Positions 1 through 9,468 of a stretch of 12,871 bases of DNA are shown here, one piece after another; the stretch's first letter is position 1, and each line of letters opens with the position of its first letter. This DNA is from Octopus sinensis (taxonomy: Eukaryota). The translations under genes and the position numbers were made by a program. The notes under the pieces are model-generated. The model saw only the letters and a list, made by a program, of their open reading frames with translations, ran no database searches and was not told the origin of the DNA. The stretch lies in the NCBI RefSeq assembly GCF_006345805.1, contig NW_021826575.1, positions 1-12,871 on the forward strand, in the 5' to 3' direction.

Positions 1-258
1 GTAAAAACATATTCTCGCCTTGTACTTAAAATATTCTGAGATGTATAAAAAAGCCATTCTAATTTTTGCTGTCAAAAGGCTGTATATATATACCGAAGAT
101 TGTATATATATACATGTAATGTGACAATTTGCGACAACCATAATTAACGCAACCAATTCCCAATAATATATTTGTTTTATCCTTTTCTGCCAAATTTTCC
201 CAAACATTCTCATCACACTATTGAACTTCTCTGTTACCAAACACTATATCTATACATG

Positions 259-482
259 TAATGTGACAAGTATGTATAAAAAAACATTTTTGAATTCATA
301 ATTCCAATGTGACAATTATGTAAAAACCTTTTTGAATGCATAATACTCAATGTGACAATTATGTAAAAACCTTTTTGAATGCATAATACTCAATGTGACA
401 ATTATGTAAAAACCTTTTTGAATGCATAATACTCAATGTGACAATTATGTAAAAACTTTTTTTTGAACCATATATTCAATGT
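259..482. repeat. 43-bp tandem minisatellite (about 5 units)
   Basis: The unit CAATGTGACAATTATGTAAAAACCTTTTTGAATGCATAATACT starts at 305, 348 and 391 (identical) and at 434 (diverged). CAATG recurs at 477, giving an exact 43-bp period. A degenerate unit lies at about 259-304. Confidence 0.95.
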
Positions 483-575
483 TTCCTTAAATGTAACTTT
501 TGACAATCTTTTACCAAAGAGTGAAACCGGTTAAGTAAATAAACATCGTTTAAATTGCATTTTCAAACCTTTTTC

Positions 576-576
<1 letters not shown>

Positions 577-607
<31 letters not shown>

Positions 608-609
608 CA
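577..609. repeat. (TA)n microsatellite, probably the internal microsatellite of the adjacent SINE-A copy
   Basis: Direct TA run next to the end of the SINE-A 5' half. Other SINE-A copies carry a TA/CA tract at this position. Confidence 0.9.
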
Positions 610-773
610 TGAAGGGCTTCTTTCAGTTTCTGTCTACCAAATCCACTCACAAGGCTTTGGTCGGCACGAGGCTATAGTAGAAGACACTTGCCCAAGGTGC
701 CACGCAGTGGGACTGAACCCGGAACCATGTGGTTGGTAAGTAAGCTACTTACCACACAGCCACTCCTATGCCT
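610..773 (-). mobile_element. tRNA-derived SINE family A, 5' half only
   Basis: Reverse complement reads GGCATAGGAGTGGCTGTGTGGTAAG...GGTTCAGTCCCACTGCGTGGCACCTTGGGCAAGTGTCTT. It has Pol III A-box-like (TGGCTGTGTGG) and B-box-like (GGTTCAGTCCC) motifs and a CORE-like CCTTGGGCAAGT. It is nearly identical to 5153-5316, 6710-6855 and 10687-10850. Confidence 0.92.
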
Positions 774-1299
774 GGTGTGTGTGTATGTACATATATACAT
801 ACACACACACAAAGACACATACACATATGTGTTGAATCTTCGGTGTATACATATGAGACAATGCTTCATGAAAACTATAGCAAGTATGTGTTTGTAGGTG
901 TAAACGCAGTAAGTGCTTGTATGGGCATGTACTATGCACGTATGCGCACTCACACTCAAACATAAGATTAACTAGTGTTCATCTTAATTTTCCAGTATGT
1001 CTATATAATATACTTTCTCAAACTTCATACGTTTTCCTTTCCGACTTTTACTTTTAAAAGACGCCGAGTTCTGCTCTAGTTAAACCTCTTTATCTGCCTT
1101 TCCAATTGTCCTATTATCCACGTTTGATGCTATCAGTCATTGTTCATTCAAATATCAACCATCAAGGTTCATCTCAGTCATTTACCCCTCTTCCCCTTTC
1201 TTTAGCCCGCTTTATCATACTTCGGTCTTTCATTCCATCTAATTTTGTTTCTCACTTAATAAACACAATCAATTAAAAGGAACTGAATAGAACATTCTC

Positions 1300-1349
1300 G
1301 TATATTATATATATATATATATATTATATATAATATATATATATATATA

Positions 1350-1385
<36 letters not shown>

Positions 1386-1400
1386 TACACAAACGCACAC
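1300..1400. repeat. Compound (TA)n(TG)n microsatellite
   Basis: TA then TG dinucleotide runs are directly visible. Confidence 0.9.
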
Positions 1401-1403
1401 ATA

Positions 1404-1572
1404 GGTGCAGGCGTGGCTGTGTGGTAAGAATCTTTATTCCCAACCGCATGATACGGGAATCAGTTCCGCACTAGACTTACAAAGAATAAGTCTTGAGGTC
1501 GATTTCTTCGACTAAAGATGGTGCTTCAGCATGGCTGCAGTTAAATGATTGAAACAAGTAAAAGAATAAAGA

Positions 1573-1575
<3 letters not shown>
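1404..1575 (+). mobile_element. SINE family A, diverged and internally deleted (tRNA head fused to 3' tail)
   Basis: The head GGTGCAGGCGTGGCTGTGTGGTAAG...TCAGTTCCGCA runs straight into the tail CTAGACTTACAAAGAATAAGTC...GCATGGCTGCAGTTAAATGATTGAAACAAGTAAAAGAATAAAGAA. The CORE-like box and central region are absent. Confidence 0.85.
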
Positions 1576-1615
<40 letters not shown>

Positions 1616-2082
1616 TACTATTGATGAAATACGACAAAATCTTTATAAGAATTTATCAAGTAGTTAGCGTGAAAAACTTCTTAAGGGAAAAATACATCAA
1701 TTATTTCTCTTAAATTTATATATATATATAGCTGTAATATAATATGTGACTGTTATTCTTTGTTGTCATACTATAACTATTAATACATATTTATATATAT
1801 ATATATATATATAAATTTATTTATATATGTGTATAGATTGTCTCTATATTTTATATATAAGTAAACTATATGAATATGTCTATACACACACACACAATCA
1901 CACACAACTATACACACACTCAAGCATGCGCACGCAAACACATAATTATATTGACTGATTGAAATGCTTAACTGTATTTGTCATATATTTCAAATAATTA
2001 TTTAAACATTCATTTAATTTTTATTCGGTAAATAATTTTAAATATTGTTTTTAGATTTAGAATATCATTTAAAATGTCTTCC

Positions 2083-2140
2083 TCATCTGCAGCATCATAA
2101 TCATTATCAGCAACATCATCATCAGCAGCAGCATCAACAG
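2083..2140. repeat. Imperfect (CAT/CAG/CAA)n trinucleotide tract
   Basis: CATCATAATCATTATCAGCAACATCATCATCAGCAGCAGCATCAACAG. Confidence 0.75.
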
Positions 2141-2519
2141 AAGATACAGAAAATGTGAATAAGAATTTTAGTATAAAGTAAACAAGAAATAATTAATACA
2201 ATTAAAGTCAAAATCTAATATATCACTGCAAATGGAAACAAATACAAACAGTTTCTAAACAATTTAAAAAGAAAAAGAAATAAGAAAAATTAAAAGAAAA
2301 TAAATAAGCCAGAAACCCCTCTCTCCAGCCCTCAAAAATAGCATCTCATAGAAATAATTATGTTGTAAAGCATATTAATAGCTTCGGGCAATTTAATGCA
2401 ATATGAAAATTAAAAAATAATTTTGAAGAGTTTTGGCTTATTACCGAAACTGATGAAGCAATGATGTTATTTTACATTAAAAAATAACAATTTTCTTTAA
2501 ACATTACACAAATGACCTT

Positions 2520-2931
2520 TATGTGTATACACATATATATACACGCACACACACACATATATGCATACATACATACATATATACATACGTGTATATATGT
2601 ATATATATATGTATATATATATATGTTTAAATATACATATATATATATATATATACACACACACATATATATATATGCATAAAAATACATATATATATAT
2701 ATATATATATATACGTATAAATATACATATACATACATATATATATTCACCCACATATATACATTTATATCTATGCATTTGCATATTATATGTGTATATG
2801 TGCGTGTGTATTCACATGGTATGATATCCACACATTACGTGTGCACGTGTGTATGTGTGCGTATTTTGAGTGCGTGTGTGATAAATGTATACATGCGTGT
2901 GTTCGTGTGAGTGTGTGTGTGTGTGTGTGTG
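2520..2931. repeat. Long compound (TA)/(CA)/(TG)/(TACA) low-complexity tract
   Basis: Alternating purine-pyrimidine runs throughout. This tract is the source of the spurious IYIY ORFs. Confidence 0.9.
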
Positions 2932-4058
2932 TTTGCTTCCCTCTCGCTTTACACTAATCGCGTAAGTTGGAAAATATTTGTACAGATAAGAGAAAAAAAA
3001 AATAAAGAATGGAAACTTTTATACATAGCTTCTTGTTTGACTGTATCTGTTTGAAGCAATTAATGTAGTATACACATAACTATTTGAAATTAATTGCTAT
3101 CATTTTTTTAGAAATTTGTATAGTCGTTTTACAGTATTTATTTTCATATGCTTTTGAATCATTTTTCTTTTAGTTTAATCTCTGTAATATTTTAAACCTT
3201 TACGTTAATTTTTATCAGAGGAATAAATCATGAAATCACATGTGATTACAAAAACCCAGTAAATTTATATGGAGAACTAATTATTAAATTCACTGAACTG
3301 CAAACAAAGTTTAGACTGAATGTAATAAATATATGAATAATGAAATATACGAAGTAATTAAAATATATAAGTAATTAAGTATATAAATTGCTGCATATAA
3401 TGATTAAATATATTTTGAACCATTGATAATACGGAAATTTCATTTTTGGAAAATTTTACATTGTCAATAAGGGAAAAATGGGGTTATTTTCACGGAAGTT
3501 TGATTTATACCCTTTTTTGTGTGTGTGTTTATTGGAATTGCCTAATTTGTCCCATTAAAAATATACAAAAACAATATTAAATGTAACTGGGGATGAAGAT
3601 GTTTTACTCATTAGGAAATGGTAGGTAACGTGATTGCGATCAAATTGTCCAAAAGATCCCTCCAAGTAAAAATCATTTCACCAGAGGAGATGATGAAAAA
3701 AGTAAAGATTTTGCTGGCTAGCTGGAAATGAGAAGATGGCTAGTTGCAATACTTTCGAAGAGGAAGTACGCAAGATGATCCATAAAATGAAGAGAACAGC
3801 ACAAGACAGAAACAGTGCTGATGATCCTGCGATGAAGGATTTCAGATCGAAAGTAGTTGATTAAATGCTAGTTTGTCAATATAGTAAACGGAGCCTCCCA
3901 TAAGTGATAGAACGTTCCGTAAAGCAGCCGAGAGGAAGACCCCGAAATGGTGCACATTCTCACGTGATGACCCTTCAAAGCTACTGGCGATTGGTAAGCG
4001 GAGCCTTCGATTGGTAGCAGTTGTCCAAATCAGCTGTTTGCAAGTCTCGGTAGTTTAT

Positions 4059-4470
4059 TTCTTTACTGCCCACAAGGGGATACACATAGAGGGGACAAAC
4101 AAGGACAGACAAACAGATTAAGTCAATTATATCGACCCAGTGCGTAACTGGTACTTATTTAATCGACTCCGAAAGGATGAAAGGCAAAGTCGACTCGGCG
4201 GAATTTGAACTCAGAACGTAACGACAGACGAAATGCCTATTTCTTTACTACCCACAAGGGGCTATACACAGAGGGGACAAACAAGGACAGACAAACAGAT
4301 TAAGTCGATTATATCGACCCCAGTGCATAACTGGTACTTATTTTATCGACTCCGAAAGGATGAAAGGCCAAGTCGAGCTCGGCGGAATCTGAACTCAGAA
4401 CGTAGCTGCGGACGAAATACCAACAAGCATTTCGCCCAGCGTGCTAAGGTTTCTGCCAACTCGCCGCCTT
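4059..4470 (-). mobile_element. tRNA-derived SINE family B, dimeric, with 16-bp TSD
   Basis: The reverse complement starts AAGGCGGCGAGTTGGCAGAAACC and has a B-box-like GAGTTCAGATTCC. Monomer 1 spans 4470-4238 and a 5'-truncated monomer 2 spans 4237-4059. It is flanked by the direct repeat AGTCTCGGTAGTTTAT at 4043-4058 and 4471-4486. Confidence 0.95.
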
Positions 4471-4884
4471 AGTCTCGGTAGTTTATGGCAAATTCTTGTC
4501 ACAATCTAGTATTGGACTTTAGCCGCAAAACGTGAAATCTCATCGATACGCTTTGTAATCAAGCCTCAGACTAACGATATTTCCTTCAGAGAAAATATTT
4601 TAAACGAAATTGTGCGGAATCTAATCGGATGAGTCATTCTTGTTATTGGACGTTAGACGTACTGCGTTAACCAACTTAACACTACCACAAGATACTTATT
4701 TTTCATAATGTTCTCTGTGTTTCATACATATTGACTCAGATCTCAGTTTTCAAATAAATTTCACCTTCTCCATTTACGAGTTTCGAACGTCGAAAATGTG
4801 TCAAGCGTCAGCTGCCTGGTTCTCAAGCAAAATCCTAATCAATAAACACGCGAGTAATAATTATTCAGCTGAATCCCATTCTTC

Positions 4885-5316
4885 TACTCTTTTTTTTTTT
4901 TTACTCGTTTACTTGTTTCAGTCTTTTGACTGCGGCCATGCTGGAGCACCGCCTTTAGTCGAGCAAATCGACCCCGGGACTTATTCTTTGTAAGCCCAGT
5001 ACTGATTCTATCGGTCTCTTTTGCCGAACCGCTAAGTGACGGAGACGTAAACACACCATCATCGGTTATCAAGCAATGCTAGAGGGACAAACAGAGACAC
5101 ACAAACATATACACACACATACAATATATATATATATATATATACATATATACGACAGGCTTCTTTCAGTTTCCGTCTACCAAATCCACTCACAAGGCTT
5201 TGGTCGGCCCGAGGCTATAGCAGAAGACACTTGCCCAAGGTGCCACGCAGTGGGACTGAACCCAGAACCATGTGGCTGGTTAGAAAGCTACTTACCACAC
5301 AGCCACTCCTGCGCCT
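4885..5316 (-). mobile_element. SINE family A, full length
   Basis: tRNA-like head at about 5316-5250, then CCTTGGGCAAGTGTCTT, an internal TA/CA microsatellite (about 5097-5152) and a tail ...GCTCCAGCATGGCCGCAGTCAAAAGACTGAAACAAGTAAACGAGT followed by poly-A. Confidence 0.95.
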
Positions 5317-5917
5317 ATGTAAGTAAATTTACATTTGTATTCATTCATGCATCAAATCTAATGATGCCTGCAAATATGATTTAGACTGATATCGAAAGAA
5401 AGAATATTTCTATCAAAAGAATTCTTGTTATAGAAATAGGTTACTACATTTTTGGAGGTGACACTAATCATTAGACGAAAAATGGCTTGTATCGAAAAAA
5501 TTATTATATAACAGATTAAAGTATAAGAATTAAGTACGTTTATATAAGAATAAAGTGAACATAGCAGATTAATGTATAAATAAAGTTAAAGGATATATTT
5601 ATGAAAATCTTATTAATGTTTTGTACAAAGATTATACGGTGGATTTAACATGACGTTTAGCAAGAAAAAAAAATGATTTTCTGGTTTTATTCATTGCATT
5701 ACATTTCACGTATCTTCACTGAAAACGTTTTCCTGATCGGGTTTTCTACGGTCTTTGCATTTGTTGTCTCGAACATTGCGACTCTTAAAAGCTGTTTACT
5801 GGGTTCCCATAGCGCATAAATGACCAATTTATAACATTCATGTGGACAAGATACCAGTCTGTTGCAGGTTTTCAGGCGAATAAATTTAAGGGGAGCATGG
5901 ATGCTGCTTATACCAAT

Positions 5918-6063
5918 ATCTGTACTTGACTCGTACTTTATTATATCGATCCGGAAGGGTTCAAAGGAAGAACTGACTGCGGCGAGATTTGAGCTCATAA
6001 TGTAAGAAGAAATACCATGAAACATTTTACCCGGCGTGCTAACAATTTTGTCAGTTCGCTGCC
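5918..6063 (-). mobile_element. SINE family B, old and degenerate monomer
   Basis: CATTTTACCCGGCGTGCTAACAATTTTGTCAGTTCGCTGCC matches the B head (CATTTCGCCCAGCGTGCTAAGGTTTCTGCCAACTCGCCGCC). GGCGAGATTTGAGCTCATAA and TATCGATCCGGAAGGGT match the B-box and downstream module. Confidence 0.7.
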
Positions 6064-6421
6064 AGTGTTCATTGTATTAGATACCAAAGTTATCTATTTT
6101 GTCTCTACAGGGAAAGCATCTCTTAGTGATAGACATTTTTTTTTACTCTTAATATCTTTTTTTTTGTCATATCTCCTCTTTTAGTATTACTTCATGGAAT
6201 GCGCAGAAATATTTCTGTGGAGGTCAAATGATAGTGAACCATGTTGAGATTCTCGCTTATTTACCAAAATCATGAATGCGATTCTAATGATTGAAGATTA
6301 GCATATTAAAGTAGACATGTAGAATTTACTACACGAATAAATCAACATAATTTAACATAACTTAACTACCAGTGTCAATGCAAGTGGGAGTGAGTGGTGC
6401 TTAGCTATGTTTGTGTCAACA

Positions 6422-6629
6422 TACTCTTTTAGTCTTTTCAGTCATTTGACTGCAGCCATGCTGGAGCACCGCCTTTGAGTCGAGCAAATTGACCCCCAAG
6501 ACTTATTCTTTGTAAGCTCAGTACTTATTCTATCTTTTGCCGAACCGCTAAGTTACGCGGACGTAACACACCAGCATCGGTTGTCAAGCGATGTTGGTAG
6601 GACAAACACGCACACACACAAATATATAC

Positions 6630-6700
<71 letters not shown>

Positions 6701-6855
6701 CACATATATACGACGGGCTTCTTTCTACCAAATCCACTTTGGTCGGGCCGACGCTATAGGAGAAGAAATTTGCCCAAGGAGCCACACTGTGGGACTGAAC
6801 CCGGAATCATGTGATTGGTAAGCAACCTACTTACCACGCAGCCACTCCTGTGCCT
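6422..6855 (-). mobile_element. SINE family A, near full length with small deletions
   Basis: Colinear with 4885-5316. The internal TA tract is expanded (about 6607-6710). Confidence 0.93.
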
Positions 6856-7042
6856 ATAATAATTATACGCCTATAATAGCATTTTAAAAGCATGTATGGC
6901 TGTCTTTCACTTTAAGCCAGGGTTTTCACCTCATACTTCAATCAGTCGCTAAAAAGAAGAACATAGGAAAAATATTCAGTGTCCCTTTCAACTTAAACAG
7001 TGTGTTGTTAAAATATAATAATGTAGGTACTCTAAAAACATC

Positions 7043-7780
7043 AAAGAAATTATGGTTACACCCGTAGTGGTTTTAGAATTTTAGAATCTGAAATGAGTAG
7101 TGGAATTCTATTTTAGGAGGTGCTATTATAACTGTACGTGCAAATATCTGTATTTATACAGTAATATTTGAAATACTTTGCTTAAAGAAATTATGGTTAC
7201 AAAAGCGGTGAGCTGGCAGAAATGTTAGCATGTCGGGCGAAATGCTTAGCGGTATTTCGTCTGCCACTGCGTTCTGAGTTCAAATTCCGCAGAGGTCGAC
7301 TTTGCCCTTCATCCTTTTGGGGTCGATTAAATAAGTAGCATTTACGCACTGGGGTCGATATAGTCGACTTAATCCGTTTATCCGTCCTTGTTTTTCCTCT
7401 CTGTGTTTAGCCCCTTGTGATTAGTAAAGAAATAGGTATTTCGTCTACCGTTATGTTCTGAGTTCAAATTCCGCCGAGGTCGACTTTGCCTTTCATCCTT
7501 TCGGGGTCGATAAATTAAGTGCCAGTTACACTCTGGAGTCGTTGTAATCGCCTTAATCACTTTGTCTGTCCTTGTTTGTCCCCTCTATGTTTAGCGCCTT
7601 GTGGGTAAAAAAGAAATAAGAAATTATGGTTACACCCGTAATGGTTTTAAAATTTTAGATTCTGAAATGGGTAGGTGCCCTTTAGGAGGTTCCTATTATA
7701 ACTGTACGTGCAAATATCTCTATTTATACAGTAATATTTGAAATACCTTGCTTAGAGAAATTATGGTTACACCCGTAATG
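7043..7780. repeat. ~141-bp tandem unit (2 full units plus the start of a third), interrupted by a SINE-B
   Basis: A(A/G)AGAAATTATGGTTACACCCGTA(G/A)TG...CTATTATAACTGTACGTGCAAATATCT(G/C)TATTTATACAGTAATATTTGAAATAC(T/C)TTGCTT begins at 7043 and 7184 (split by the SINE, resuming at 7635). The partial third unit begins at 7754. Confidence 0.9.
7202..7617 (+). mobile_element. SINE family B, dimeric, with 17-bp TSD
   Basis: Head AAAGCGGTGAGCTGGCAGAAATG with B-box-like GAGTTCAAATTCC at 7276-7288. Monomer 2 starts at 7435 (GGTATTTCGTCT). The TSD AAGAAATTATGGTTACA is at 7185-7201 and 7618-7634. Confidence 0.95.
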
Positions 7781-8466
7781 AAAAGGAAATTCAAGGCAGC
7801 AGATTTAATTTTGACAAATTATATTTGATTCAGTAGTTTTATTATGTGAATCATAATTCTAAAGCAGTTTTGTAAAGCATTTTTGAATATCAGTGTACGC
7901 GGAAAATCATATTTAAAACGTACAATATAATATGATTTTCTATCATAACATTTTTCTACTGTTGCTCTGAACCAATCCCCAAATGGAGGAAATAAATCGT
8001 AACTGCGGAAGAATCTCTATTTCAACCAATTAGTATTTCATTATTATAAGCAGATGATCTAACTGTGAATCAAGTAGGATTTTAAAAACACCGTCGCTGA
8101 AAGAGAAGCACTTTGAGCAAAAGCGAAATCACTTTGTGGTAAGACTCACGTTTATTCTCAAATTATTATAATAACAAATTGCTTTAGAGGATCTTTAGAA
8201 TTATTTTTATATAATGAGAGCTCCTTGGACAATGATCTGAAATAGATATGAGCATTAATAGTGAGCTCTGCATGAGGTTCTCAGATAATTTATTGGCTGA
8301 AGTCAATGTGATATGTTACAAATGAAGTTCACATCGGTGCGCAGAATTTTAGAAATAATAATGATGGTATTTTATAAACTTAAAGCTTATAAGTGATCAC
8401 TATGAAATGACTAAAGAAAATAGTCCAATAATGGAGCATACAAGCTCTTGATGGAAGTAGGTTTTC

Positions 8467-8540
8467 CCATACATGTGGGACTTGAACCCACATCTTTTTG
8501 TTTTCGTGACAAGTGTGCTAACCATTTATACCTATGTACA
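8467..8540 (-). pseudogene. tRNA-like cloverleaf (tRNA pseudogene or head of a third tRNA-derived repeat)
   Basis: The reverse complement folds as TGTACAT-AG-GTAT-AAATGGTTA-GCAC-A-CTTGT-CACGAAA-ACAAA-AAGAT-GTGGG-TTCAAGT-CCCAC-ATGTATG-G. The T-arm is perfect, G18G19 is present and the acceptor stem has two G:U pairs. Invariant U8 and U33 are missing, and there are single mismatches in the D and anticodon stems. Confidence 0.7.
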
Positions 8541-8627
8541 ACCACATTTCTTTGTCAAATTTAAGAACTATAATTAGTTTGTAGTGCGATGGTTTTTGTG
8601 AAGCAGTATCAATTTTTACAATTCTGT

Positions 8628-8808
8628 AACCGATGCTGCTGTGTTTACGTCCCCGTAACTTAGCGGTTCGGCAAAATAAGAATAAGTACTAGGCTAACAA
8701 AGAATAAGTACTGGGGTCGATATGCTCTACTAAAAGGTGGTGCTTCCAGCATGGCCCGCAGTCAAGTGACTGAAACAAGTAAAAGAGAGCAAAAGAGTAA
8801 AAGAGAGA
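8628..8808 (+). mobile_element. SINE family A, 5'-truncated 3' fragment
   Basis: AACCGATGCTGCTGTGTTTACGTCCCCGTAACTTAGCGGTTCGGCAAAA...CAGCATGGCCCGCAGTCAAGTGACTGAAACAAGT followed by an (AAAAGAG)-type repeat tail. Confidence 0.9.
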
Positions 8809-8810
8809 GG

Positions 8811-8896
8811 GAGTGGAAATCTATTTTAGAGGGTCCTATTATAACTGTACGTACAAATATCTGTAATTATTCAGTAATATTTTAAATACTTTGCTT
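8811..8896 (+). repeat. Displaced partial copy (3' part) of the ~141-bp unit
   Basis: AGTGGAAATCTATTTTAGAGGGTCCTATTATAACTGTACGTACAAATATCTGTAATTATTCAGTAATATTTTAAATACTTTGCTT aligns with about 7099-7183. Confidence 0.88.
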
Positions 8897-9468
8897 AAAA
8901 ATAAAATTTTCTCTAACTATTAAAATTGCATACTTCGAAAAACGCACTTTATAATTTTCATTCTTAATTTATGGACAAAATGTTTAAAAGGAATTAAAGG
9001 TATTTTGATTATTCGCAGGAAAAGGACATTTCTCTAACAACGGATTAACTTTGAAGATTGCTCTGGGGAGAGCGACGGCACAACTGGCGTGATCCATTCG
9101 TGTAGTGTTCCTCATAGCCTGTTCCTCATACAGTTGGTCGCAAAGAAATGTCTACGAGAAGGGGATGCCAGAAATCCAAGCTTTTGGAAAAGACAAACTG
9201 AGATTAGTGATTAATATAGAGTCCTGAGCCTAGGCACAATAAAAGTGAGAGAGAATAGGAAGTGTCTGAGTACGTTGGAAGAAGATAGGTTCTTCTCTAA
9301 GAGAAGACGCTAGCCACCGTAGTTGCGTCAGAGAAACTATAAGAGAAGACAACATGAAAGAAGATCTGAGTATTGAGAGTGTAGATAAAGGAATTCACTT
9401 CAGTCAGGATGCATGTTTTTCATGCAGTAGCACCGTCCTAATTGTGGGAGCAATATTTGATCGTGTCC

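Noticed and set aside
259-482. CRISPR-like periodicity
   Set aside because: The units are contiguous and identical, with no unique spacers and no cas genes, in a eukaryotic context.
688-897. Recurring peptide PKVPRSGTEPGTMWLVSKLLTTQPLL and related ORFs (4233-4472, 4796-5384, 7378-7560, 9354-9629, 10901-11182)
   Set aside because: These are chance reading frames through SINE copies, not a protein family.
2472-2831. ORFs rich in I/Y/C/V/H/T (also 766-965, 6525-6814, 10209-10442, 10502-10771)
   Set aside because: These are translations of dinucleotide microsatellites, which lack stop codons by composition.
3818-3855. CTGATGA...CGAAA hammerhead-like core words
   Set aside because: I could not form stems I and III or a properly placed stem II.
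5699-6025. 108-aa minus-strand ORF
   Set aside because: It starts inside the degenerate SINE-B, and I see no recognisable domain or splice support.
8054-8143. Possible exon between CAG (8051-8053) and GTAAG
   Set aside because: Stop codons occur in all three frames from that acceptor, and no recognisable peptide results.
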